Below, piece after piece: positions 19,453 to 27,856 of a stretch of DNA of 64,000 bases. The notes beneath the pieces were generated by a model that did no database searches, had not been told where the DNA came from, and worked only from the letters and a program-made list of their open reading frames with translations. This stretch comes from an uncultured Methylophilaceae bacterium (GTDB lineage: Bacteria; Pseudomonadota; Gammaproteobacteria; Burkholderiales; Methylophilaceae): positions 20,914 to 84,913 of the forward strand of contig CAYXOR010000002.1 in NCBI GenBank assembly GCA_964466895.1, in the 5' to 3' direction. How positions within the stretch are numbered: the first letter of the stretch is position 1; the number at the start of each line of letters is the position of its first letter. The position numbers and the translations under genes are program-made.

Positions 19453-20136
19453 ATGATAGCAATTATTCCTGCGAGAGGTGGGTCAAAAGGTTTGCCAGGC
19501 AAAAATATAAAAGAGTTTTGTGGCAAGCCAATGATTGCCTACACAATTGAAGCGGCAAAAAGATCTAAATTTATTTCTGACATTATTATTTCTACAGATG
19601 ATCAGAATGTTGCTGATATTGCCATTTCATATGGAGCTATCTGTCCATTTTTAAGACCGGAAGCGTTAGCCTCTGATGAAGCTTTAGCTATAGATAATTA
19701 TATCTACACAATAAACAGGTTAAATAAAGAGTGCGGGTATGAAATAAACGAGTTTGTCATATTGCAGCCTACATCACCACTTCGCAGGAGTGAAGATATT
19801 GATGGGGCAATTTTTCTATTTAATGAAAAAAATGCAGACTCTGTTGTTAGCTACACAATGGAAAGCCATCCAATAAGCTGGCACAAATTTCTGGATGATG
19901 ATCTGCAATTTGAGAATATTTTTGATGAGACTTTGCAAAATCGACAAAACAACAAGGTAAGCTACTTTCCAAATGGTGCTATATTCGTTTTTGATTATAA
20001 TCTGATAAAGAATAAAAAGTATTACAGTAATAAATCCTACGGATATGTGATGCCAAAGAACAGGTCTGTAGACGTGGATTGTGCTGATGATTTTGAGTAT
20101 GCGGAGTATTTATTTAGGAACGAGTGTGCAAAATAA
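19453..20136 (+). CDS. neuA: Acylneuraminate cytidylyltransferase family enzyme (NeuA/LegF-like CMP-nonulosonate synthetase)
   Basis: MIAIIPARGGSKGLPGKNIK and LQPTSPLR motifs. Confidence 0.9.
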   Translation: MIAIIPARGGSKGLPGKNIKEFCGKPMIAYTIEAAKRSKFISDIIISTDDQNVADIAISYGAICPFLRPEALASDEALAIDNYIYTINRLNKECGYEINEFVILQPTSPLRRSEDIDGAIFLFNEKNADSVVSYTMESHPISWHKFLDDDLQFENIFDETLQNRQNNKVSYFPNGAIFVFDYNLIKNKKYYSNKSYGYVMPKNRSVDVDCADDFEYAEYLFRNECAK

Positions 20137-21160
20137 TAGGCTAGTATTAAATAGTAATGCGAGTTTTGAACTGGCTATTAAGCTATTGGATCAGAATGGA
20201 AATGGTGTTTTGCCAGTTGTAGATGATAATGAAAAATTTATTGGTCTTATAACGGATGGTGATATTAGAAAAGCCATATTAAATAAAGAGTTAGATTTAG
20301 AGCACATTGTAAATAGAGATGCCTTTACACTTAGTGTTAAGTCTTCAAAAATGCAGCGCATACAATATCTTAAAGGTATAAAACGAAGGCAGCTGCCTTT
20401 AGTAGATGATGAAAATAAATTTATTGCTTTATTCACATTGGATGAAATTGAGTTTAATAAAAAGCCCAATGTTGTTGTAATTATGGTTGGGGGTTTAGGT
20501 GCTAGGCTGGGTGAGTTAACGAAGGATGTCCCTAAGCCTATGTTGCATGTAGGAGAAAAGCCGATCCTTGAAATCATCATTGAAAAGTTTATTGAGTTTG
20601 GTTTCAATAGATTCTATTTGGCAGTAAATCATAGAAAAGAAATTATTAAAGAGTATTTTAAAGAAGGCCGCAAATGGGGGGTGGACATAACCTACCTTGA
20701 AGAAAATAAAAGGTTAGGAACGGGAGGGGCTCTTTCTTTAATTGATGAAGTAATTAATGAGCCCATTATAGTGACTAATGGGGATGTTCTTACGGATATA
20801 GATTTTGATGAATTACTAAGTTTTCATAAAGCTAAAGATTCCGAAGCAACTATGTGTGTTCGTGAATATGAACATGTCATTCCTTATGGCGTTATAGAAA
20901 CAAATGTGGACAAGATTCTAGGTGTAAGTGAAAAACCAAAAATGAAATTTAATATCAATACAGGAGTATATGTCCTTAATCCTAACTTACTGAATGTTAT
21001 CCCTAAAAATCAATATTATGATTTACCATCACTTTTTAGTGAACTTATAGAAAAGGGTGTTTTCCCTTTTTGCTATAAAATGGTTGATTATTGGATTGAT
21101 ATTGGTAGAAAAGATGAGTATGTAAAAGTTAATGATGACCATGTAAAGAATATTATATAG
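20081..21160 (+). CDS. CBS-pair + nucleotidyltransferase fusion (PtmE-like sugar-1-phosphate nucleotidyltransferase)
   Basis: The N-terminus has two CBS-like repeats (LPVVDDNEKFIGLITDGDIRK; LPLVDDENKFIALFT). This is followed by VVIMVGGLGARLGELTKDVPKPML, the NTP-transferase signature. The start is uncertain: GTG 20081, ATG 20087/20099 or GTG 20126. Confidence 0.8.
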   Translation: MLMILSMRSIYLGTSVQNNRLVLNSNASFELAIKLLDQNGNGVLPVVDDNEKFIGLITDGDIRKAILNKELDLEHIVNRDAFTLSVKSSKMQRIQYLKGIKRRQLPLVDDENKFIALFTLDEIEFNKKPNVVVIMVGGLGARLGELTKDVPKPMLHVGEKPILEIIIEKFIEFGFNRFYLAVNHRKEIIKEYFKEGRKWGVDITYLEENKRLGTGGALSLIDEVINEPIIVTNGDVLTDIDFDELLSFHKAKDSEATMCVREYEHVIPYGVIETNVDKILGVSEKPKMKFNINTGVYVLNPNLLNVIPKNQYYDLPSLFSELIEKGVFPFCYKMVDYWIDIGRKDEYVKVNDDHVKNII

Positions 21161-21199
21161 TTCAAAATAAATTGAACTAGGCAGGTAGAGAAAGAAGTA

Positions 21200-22258
21200 A
21201 TGACTAATAGTAGCTCCAAAAATAATGCAAGTGAGCAAGTATGCATTGGGTATTCCGATGAAAAGTTAGAAGCGCTTAGTAAATTACAAACTAGATTTGA
21301 GTCGACTATTGTCCCTTGGGCAGCTTGGGAGTCAGAAAACTCAAGTTTTGGTAAAGCTTTTAGAAAGTGGGCATATTTCCCCAAGTTTCTACCACTATAC
21401 CTTTCTTCTGACCATGGTGTTCATTGGGGGGCTAGGTGTTGGCCTAATGAAATAGAGAGCAGATTCAAAAGTTTCTTTACCTGGAATAAAAAAAAATGCA
21501 ATGTAATGCGAAAAGTCCATCGTAAACGTGCTTATCACGTGTCACATCCTTGGGTTAATTATAGGAAGAAATACTTTCCGGAACTTCCAAATGCGAGAGC
21601 AGGAACCTTAGTCTTTTATGCGCACTCAAATACCACTACCACTCCTGTTTATGATGACTTAGATAAATATATAAATGATTTAAAGGCATTGCCAGAAAAG
21701 TATCAACCGATTGTGATTTGCCTTTCATTTCATGATATTAATAAAGAACTTCATAAGAAGTTTAGGAAATATCGGCTGCCTTTGGTCACTGCGGGAACAA
21801 CAAATTCTCAATTATTTGTAGATAGGTTTTACTCGCTAGCATATCAATTTCAGTTTTCATCATCATCAAATATTGGGTCTCATACGTATTATTTAATGGA
21901 AGCAGGAATACCATTTTTTCTTTATGGGCCTTATCCTCAATATAAACATAAAGGATCTTCTTTCGTAAAAGATGGGGATTTATCTCTCAGCAATTATGGC
22001 GATGACGAAGATATCAATGAATTAATGAAATTTAGAGAACTATTATCAACTAACCATGACGAAGTAACTCAAGAGCAATATGTAATTATATCTAAACACT
22101 TGGGCTTAGATTCTGAAATGTCTAGATTTAGAATGTCATTAATATTGTGGCGGGAGCTATTCGTGCATTTTGGCGATTTACTGACTGTTTATATAAGGCA
22201 AGTATTCAAGGTTATTTCCAAAATTACTGTGTTTGTTTTATCGAAGGGTAAACGTTGA
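21200..22258 (+). CDS. Hypothetical protein with no recognisable family (Rossmann/GT-B-like C-terminal half possible)
   Basis: 352-aa ORF with AGGTAGAGAAAG upstream. Its TGA overlaps the TTG start of the next gene. It contains an A9 tract at 21488-21496. Confidence 0.6.
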   Translation: MTNSSSKNNASEQVCIGYSDEKLEALSKLQTRFESTIVPWAAWESENSSFGKAFRKWAYFPKFLPLYLSSDHGVHWGARCWPNEIESRFKSFFTWNKKKCNVMRKVHRKRAYHVSHPWVNYRKKYFPELPNARAGTLVFYAHSNTTTTPVYDDLDKYINDLKALPEKYQPIVICLSFHDINKELHKKFRKYRLPLVTAGTTNSQLFVDRFYSLAYQFQFSSSSNIGSHTYYLMEAGIPFFLYGPYPQYKHKGSSFVKDGDLSLSNYGDDEDINELMKFRELLSTNHDEVTQEQYVIISKHLGLDSEMSRFRMSLILWRELFVHFGDLLTVYIRQVFKVISKITVFVLSKGKR

Positions 22259-24633
22259 AAAAGGGTAGCTCTAAAGCAAGGGTGCTCAAAGGTCTTGAAT
22301 CGAAAATTTCAATATTTAGAGTGCCAAAATTATTATTTTTTGACACAGCAACTTACATGACGTCTCCTGACCAGATAATATCTGAGGTACAAGAGTTTTT
22401 TTGTGAAAAAATCATAGTTGTACGCTCCTCAGCTTCTGATGAAGACGGTTCGCAACACACGCTTGCAGGGGAATATGATTCTGTACTGAATGTACCCTCT
22501 ACAGATCATGAAGCTATACAACAAGCAATTTCAACAGTAATTACAAGTTATAACCGTAACGGTGTACTTACAGGTAGGGATGAGGTTATTGTTCAAGAAA
22601 TGGTACTCAATACTAGTATGAGTGGTGTGATTTTCACCCATGATTTGAATACTGGCGCACCATACTATGTGATTAATTACGATGATGTGTCGGGTTTAAC
22701 TGATACTGTTACATCAGGTGGTGGTGAGTATTCTAACCGCACCTTATATATTCATCGTAGTGCATTAAATTCCCTTCGCTCTGAGCGTTTCCAGCATTTG
22801 ATGGCGGCGATACAAGAGCTTGAAAAAGTCATGGAAAGTCAGTTCCTTGATGTTGAGTTTGCACTGGGGGCTGATTTCACACCTTACTTACTGCAAGTTC
22901 GATCAATTACGACACAGCCAAACTGGAATAGAACTGTATCAAAAAGAATTGATAAAACGTTACGTGGTATTCAATCCTTTGTTAAACAGCGTATGAAACC
23001 TATGGCAAATACTTATGGAGCCACTACCGTTTTAGGGCAAATGCCGGATTGGAATCCAGCAGAAATGATTGGCCGTGCACCTAGAGCTTTAGCGTTCTCG
23101 TTGTATAAAACATTAATTACCGATCATGCATGGCGCATCGCAAGAAAAAAGATGGGGTATGCCGTACCTGAAGGTCAGAACTTAATGGTCTCTCTTGCTG
23201 GGCAGCCCTTTATTGATGCTAGGTTAAGCTTTCATTCTTATTTACCAAGTAACCTACCTTCTGAAATTGGAGAAAAGTTAGTTGATAAATGGGTTATACA
23301 GTTGAAAGATAACCCAGAACTACACGATAAAATAGAATTTGATGTGGCAATAACCACATATAGCTTTGATATTGACACTAAAATGGAGCTGTTAGTGGGC
23401 AATGCTTTGGGCTTAGCTGAAAAAAATAAATTCAAAGAATTGTTACGCTTGCAGACACATAAGTTTCTTTCTAACTCAGGTGAGTTTTGTATTGATGGTG
23501 CACTGTCCAAAATTGAGGCTTTGTCACATAAGCAAAATATAATGAATGGCGAACCTGTTGCAGGCGATGTTTCTGCAATATTTACAATGGTTGAGGATTG
23601 CGTTCATTTAGGGACTATTCCGTTTTCGATTTTAGCTAGACACGGCTTTATCGCAAAAACCATTTTATTGTCACTCAATACTCGCGGGATATTGTCTATG
23701 CAAGATATTCACCAGATACAGTCAGGGGTTCATACTGTTGCCAGTGACTTGGTCAGTGATATGCACAACCTGCAGACGGGCAATTTATCGCATGAAGCGT
23801 TCATGACTCAATATGGGCACTTACGACCAGGTACATATGACATTTTGTCACAAAGGTATGACCAGATGGCTGAATTTGGTCATAATAGTGGCAACCTTAA
23901 GTATGGAAATGAACATGTTGACTTTACGTTGACTAGCGCACAACTGCAGAAAATTGATACCATGTTAGTGCAGGAAGGCTTTAATGATATAGATAGCCAA
24001 AAACTCCTACAATATATCCAAGCAGCTACAGCTAGTCGTGAATATGCAAAATTTATTTTTACGCGCACAGTAAGTGACCTCTTAGAAGTGATTGCAGCTT
24101 TTGGGGAGCAGAACAACTTAAGTCGTGATGAATTGTCACATATCCCGCTCGATAATATTCTGGATACAGTTACCTCTAGTCACGAAAAAGTTGTAGAGAA
24201 AAGATTACGTGAAATTTCAGAAGAGCAGGCTGAACGGCATGCACTAGGTGTTGCTATCCGACTTCCCCAAGTCTTGTTTGATGAGGCGGGGGTGCATGTT
24301 GTGCCTTTTCAAGTTAGCCACCCAAACTTTATCACACATAAAAAAGTGACAGGGCCATGCATTAATCTTGGGCCTGATATCTCAGCGCCACCTTTAAAAG
24401 GTATGATTGTGGTTATTGAAAATGCTGACCCAGGTTTTGATTGGATATTTTCCCAAGAAATCGCTGGACTTATCACAAAATATGGTGGTGCTAATTCACA
24501 TATGGCTATTAGGTGCGCAGAGTTTGGTATTCCCGCAGCAATCGGCTGTGGTGAACAAAGGTATGAGTTGTTCTGTAATTCAAATCAATTGTTACTAGAT
24601 TGTGCAGCTGGTCTTATTAAGGCACTACATTAG
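22255..24633 (+). CDS. PEP-utilising-enzyme-like phosphohistidine kinase lacking the PEP/pyruvate domain (Cj1418 L-glutamine kinase-like)
   Basis: PPDK_N-type motif IVVRSSASDEDGSQHTLAGEYDSVLNV. Swivel-domain motif GGANSHMAIRCAEFGIPAAIGCG lies about 44 aa from the C-terminus, with no TIM-barrel domain after it. The TTG start at 22255 keeps the GSSKARVLKGL N-terminal motif. Confidence 0.7.
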   Translation: MKKGSSKARVLKGLESKISIFRVPKLLFFDTATYMTSPDQIISEVQEFFCEKIIVVRSSASDEDGSQHTLAGEYDSVLNVPSTDHEAIQQAISTVITSYNRNGVLTGRDEVIVQEMVLNTSMSGVIFTHDLNTGAPYYVINYDDVSGLTDTVTSGGGEYSNRTLYIHRSALNSLRSERFQHLMAAIQELEKVMESQFLDVEFALGADFTPYLLQVRSITTQPNWNRTVSKRIDKTLRGIQSFVKQRMKPMANTYGATTVLGQMPDWNPAEMIGRAPRALAFSLYKTLITDHAWRIARKKMGYAVPEGQNLMVSLAGQPFIDARLSFHSYLPSNLPSEIGEKLVDKWVIQLKDNPELHDKIEFDVAITTYSFDIDTKMELLVGNALGLAEKNKFKELLRLQTHKFLSNSGEFCIDGALSKIEALSHKQNIMNGEPVAGDVSAIFTMVEDCVHLGTIPFSILARHGFIAKTILLSLNTRGILSMQDIHQIQSGVHTVASDLVSDMHNLQTGNLSHEAFMTQYGHLRPGTYDILSQRYDQMAEFGHNSGNLKYGNEHVDFTLTSAQLQKIDTMLVQEGFNDIDSQKLLQYIQAATASREYAKFIFTRTVSDLLEVIAAFGEQNNLSRDELSHIPLDNILDTVTSSHEKVVEKRLREISEEQAERHALGVAIRLPQVLFDEAGVHVVPFQVSHPNFITHKKVTGPCINLGPDISAPPLKGMIVVIENADPGFDWIFSQEIAGLITKYGGANSHMAIRCAEFGIPAAIGCGEQRYELFCNSNQLLLDCAAGLIKALH

Positions 24634-24648
24634 GAGGGAAGTATATTT

Positions 24649-25176
24649 ATGGTTATTTGGATTATTGGTTTATCTGGCACGGGAAAAACCACTTTGGCCA
24701 ATGAGGTTGTCAATAGGATTCGCCAATTAAAGAGAAAGGTAGTTATGTTGGATGGTGATTTAATCAGGGACCTTTTTGGAAATGACGTAGACCACACTAT
24801 AGAAGGTCGAAAGCGTAATGCTGAAAGGTTGTCGGTTTTAACAAAGTATCTCGCTGATCAAGATATACATGTAGTTGCGGCAGTGCTTTCAATCTTTCCT
24901 GAATGGCGGCTCTGGAATAGAGAGAATATTAATCATTACTCAGAAGTGTATATAAAATCCTCTATGGAGACTCTGGCTAGACGAGACATTAAAAACTTAT
25001 ATGCAAGGGCAATTAAGGGTGAAATTGTAAATGTGGTTGGTGTGGACATCCCATTTCCTGAACCTCAGAACCCAGAGTTGGTTATAGAGAATGATGTTGA
25101 CCGAGTTGAATTCAGTGAATTTATAGATCAAATAATGAACCTTAATGTGGTGAGAGAGACTCTAGAAAAAGCATGA
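24649..25176 (+). CDS. APS-kinase-fold small kinase (Cj1415 cytidine diphosphoramidate kinase-like / CysC-like)
   Basis: 175 aa. P-loop IIGLSGTGKTTLA and the MLDGDLIRD motif. GGAGGGAAG RBS. Confidence 0.75.
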   Translation: MVIWIIGLSGTGKTTLANEVVNRIRQLKRKVVMLDGDLIRDLFGNDVDHTIEGRKRNAERLSVLTKYLADQDIHVVAAVLSIFPEWRLWNRENINHYSEVYIKSSMETLARRDIKNLYARAIKGEIVNVVGVDIPFPEPQNPELVIENDVDRVEFSEFIDQIMNLNVVRETLEKA

Positions 25177-26384
25177 TTTTTCTTGCATTAACCATAGTAT
25201 TTATCATTCTTCTTGAAGTTGGGTTATATGCCGTCGTGTTTATACAGCGACGCAGCTTTCCTTGGTTGATAACTGAGGCGGATGAGTTGCCAGCATTTGA
25301 TTCTCAAGCACTTCATAAATTCTTAGAATACAGTTTTGACCCACATTTAGGATGGGTCAGGCGACCTAATTCAAGCGGTACAGAAAATGGACAAAATGGT
25401 AAAATCACTTTTAATATAGACTCATCAGGCTCCCGTAGCAATTCCTTAGAAAAGTCATCTCCAGTTATGGCTGCTTTTGGAGACTCTTACGCTTTTTGTC
25501 GTCAAGTAGAGGATGATGAAACATGGGAAAGTCAACTAGCACAACAAAAAAGTTTCGGTGTAATGAATTTTGGAGTTGGCAATTACGGGGTTGATCAAGC
25601 GCTATTACGCTACAAGAGTATGAGCTTGCCAGAAACGGTGCAAGTTGTCGTCATGGCGTTTGTGCCAGAAACTATTTGCAGAATACAATCTTATTGGAAA
25701 CATTATCTAGAGTTTGGAAATACATTTGCGTTTAAGCCACGATTCATGCTCAACTCAAATGACAATCTAATTTTGTTAAACAACCTTATACGTGGTAATG
25801 AGGATTATTTGGCTTATCGCGAAAAACTTCCTGAAATTCAAAAAAAAGATGGGTTTTATAAGAAGAAATTTCGTTCACAGCAATTTCGTTTTCCGTATCT
25901 CTTTAGCTTAATGCGAAACCCGATAAAGCAAAGCTTGCTAATTTCAGCAGTGGCCATTAGAGGAGCATGTCGTGTTTTAGGCATTTCAAGCGCTAAGATA
26001 GAAAACCTACCATTCAAACTGGTAATGAAAAGAAACCTTCAAGATGCGCATGAATTATACAAAGAAGATAAATCGAAACAACTTTTGAACGCCATTTTGT
26101 TGAGTTTTAGAGATGAAGCTATTCAACGGGGGCATACTCCATTAATTGTTGTTATGCCTCAATTACTAGACATTATGCTAGGCGAAAGTAGTGTTGCTCC
26201 ATACCAAGAGTACTTTAATGGATTAGCGAAAAGCTTGCCCGTAATTGATCTTACAAATGAGTTTATTAAGGCTGATTTTGAGAAACTTTATATTAATGAT
26301 CAATATGGAGGGCACTTATCAGTTAGAGGAAACTCTTTGGTTGCTAAAGAAATATCACTTTGGCTTAAATCACAGGGCCTGTAA
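25173..26384 (+). CDS. Membrane-anchored SGNH/GDSL-hydrolase-like protein
   Basis: N-terminal TM helix. AAFGDSYAF (block I GDS) and NFGVGNYGVDQ (block II-like). ATGA overlap with the kinase gene. Confidence 0.6.
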   Translation: MIFLALTIVFIILLEVGLYAVVFIQRRSFPWLITEADELPAFDSQALHKFLEYSFDPHLGWVRRPNSSGTENGQNGKITFNIDSSGSRSNSLEKSSPVMAAFGDSYAFCRQVEDDETWESQLAQQKSFGVMNFGVGNYGVDQALLRYKSMSLPETVQVVVMAFVPETICRIQSYWKHYLEFGNTFAFKPRFMLNSNDNLILLNNLIRGNEDYLAYREKLPEIQKKDGFYKKKFRSQQFRFPYLFSLMRNPIKQSLLISAVAIRGACRVLGISSAKIENLPFKLVMKRNLQDAHELYKEDKSKQLLNAILLSFRDEAIQRGHTPLIVVMPQLLDIMLGESSVAPYQEYFNGLAKSLPVIDLTNEFIKADFEKLYINDQYGGHLSVRGNSLVAKEISLWLKSQGL

Positions 26385-26408
26385 AAGGCAGAGGAAGGAA
26401 AGTACTTG

Positions 26409-27197
26409 ATGAGAATTACTTATCGAAATGCAAATAATAAAGATTATTGGACAAAGCGTTGGGACGATATCCCCGCTGATGCTCCTATGGAAAACTTGAA
26501 TGTATATCCACTCAAATACGCGCAGATGACTGTGAAAGATGATGCTGGAAAAATTCTTGAAGCAGGCTGTGGTGCTGGGCGTGTTTTACGTTATTACCAT
26601 AACCGGGGTTACAATATTTTAGGCTTCGATTTTATTGATGTTGCCATCAGCAAGCTCAAGAAAATTGATCCGTCATTGCAAGCAGAAGTAGGAGATATAA
26701 CTAAACTGAGGTTTTCCGATCAATCGTTTAAGTATGTTTTAGCTTTTGGGCTTTATCACAACCTTGAGCATGGCTTAGATAAAGCTATTCAAGAGACACA
26801 TAGAGTATTAGAACAGAATGGATTAGTCTGTGCGTCTTTTAGAGCGGACAATATACAGACGAAACTTACGGATTGGTTGGCTAATAGAAAATCAAAAAAT
26901 AAACAAGGGGCAGAGGTTGGGTCTTTTCACAAAATGAACTTAACTCGCAATGAATACGAACAGTTGTTCATTCGTGCTGGTTTTGATATTAACTTTATTG
27001 GACCAGTAGAAAATATGCCAATACTATATAAATTCTCTATTTTTAGATCTACAAAGCATAAGGTATTTGACGAAAATAGAGCGCGCATGGAAGGCTATCG
27101 TCTATCTTGGTTTGGACAGATGCTCCAAAATTTATTGATGAAGGTTTTGCCCGATCAATTTTGTAATATTTACGTTATTATCGCACGCAAAGTCTGA
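26409..27197 (+). CDS. Class I SAM-dependent methyltransferase
   Basis: KILEAGCGAGRVLRYY motif I and LGFDFIDVAI motif II. ATG 26409 is preferred over TTG 26406. Confidence 0.8.
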   Translation: MRITYRNANNKDYWTKRWDDIPADAPMENLNVYPLKYAQMTVKDDAGKILEAGCGAGRVLRYYHNRGYNILGFDFIDVAISKLKKIDPSLQAEVGDITKLRFSDQSFKYVLAFGLYHNLEHGLDKAIQETHRVLEQNGLVCASFRADNIQTKLTDWLANRKSKNKQGAEVGSFHKMNLTRNEYEQLFIRAGFDINFIGPVENMPILYKFSIFRSTKHKVFDENRARMEGYRLSWFGQMLQNLLMKVLPDQFCNIYVIIARKV

Positions 27198-27280
27198 TTA
27201 TCAACTCTCAATTAAAAATTAGTGTCGGTATTACTCAGCGCATAGATGATATAAAAGGTCGTGATGAGTTTCGTGATGCT

Positions 27281-27856
27281 GTGGATCAGAGGTTGTTAAA
27301 GTGGATCATACAAGCAGGGTTCTTACCAGTTGTAGTTCCAAATGTATTGTTCGATACCGGCTGTTCTAACCAAGAGCAGGGCGCAATAGTTTTAGAGCAT
27401 TGGTTGCAAACTCAGTCGCTTGGTGCTTTGCTCCTCTCGGGAGGGAATAATATAGGTGATTTTCCTCAACGCGATGCGACTGAATGTTATCTATTAGCGT
27501 GGGCAGAAGCTAATAACATTCCAACCTTGGGCATCTGTAGAGGAATGCAAATGATGGCGGTATGGGCTGGCGCGCAGTTAAGAGAAGTTGGCGGGCATGT
27601 TAGAACGCGGCATCAATTGACGGCTCATGGAGGTGTTGGTGACTGGCCTGTATCTGTAAATAGTTACCATGACTGGAATATACAACATTGCCCCAAACAG
27701 TTTAAGGTCTCTGCCACGGCAGAAAATGGGGACATAGAGGCTATGTGTCATCAAACTTTGCCTTGGGAGGGCTGGATGTGGCATCCTGAGCGCGAACAAA
27801 AAATCTGCATAGAGGACACAATGAGAGTTAAAAGGTTATTTAATGGAAAACAATAA
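27281..27856 (+). CDS. Class I glutamine amidotransferase-like / peptidase C26 gamma-glutamyl hydrolase (Cj1417-like)
   Basis: LGICRGMQMM nucleophile elbow and WMWHPE His-Glu. The frame is open back to 27167 and encodes a family-typical N-terminus (KISVGITQRIDD..RDAVDQ) with no ATG/GTG/TTG. The true start is therefore probably near 27194-27200. Confidence 0.75.
   Translation: MDQRLLKWIIQAGFLPVVVPNVLFDTGCSNQEQGAIVLEHWLQTQSLGALLLSGGNNIGDFPQRDATECYLLAWAEANNIPTLGICRGMQMMAVWAGAQLREVGGHVRTRHQLTAHGGVGDWPVSVNSYHDWNIQHCPKQFKVSATAENGDIEAMCHQTLPWEGWMWHPEREQKICIEDTMRVKRLFNGKQ

Noticed and set aside
22255-24633. Annotation as PEP synthase / pyruvate phosphate dikinase.
   Set aside because: The protein ends about 44 residues after the phospho-His motif, so the PEP/pyruvate-binding TIM-barrel domain is absent. 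The genomic context is glycan modification. A small-molecule kinase of the Cj1418 or rifampicin-phosphotransferase architectural class fits better.
24649-25176. Interpretation as CysC (APS kinase) supplying PAPS for a sulfated polysaccharide.
   Set aside because: I recognise no ATP sulfurylase (CysD/CysN/Sat) or sulfotransferase in the window. The gene is also start/stop-coupled into a block containing the three other Cj1416-1418-like functions. This is not fully excluded without a phylogeny.
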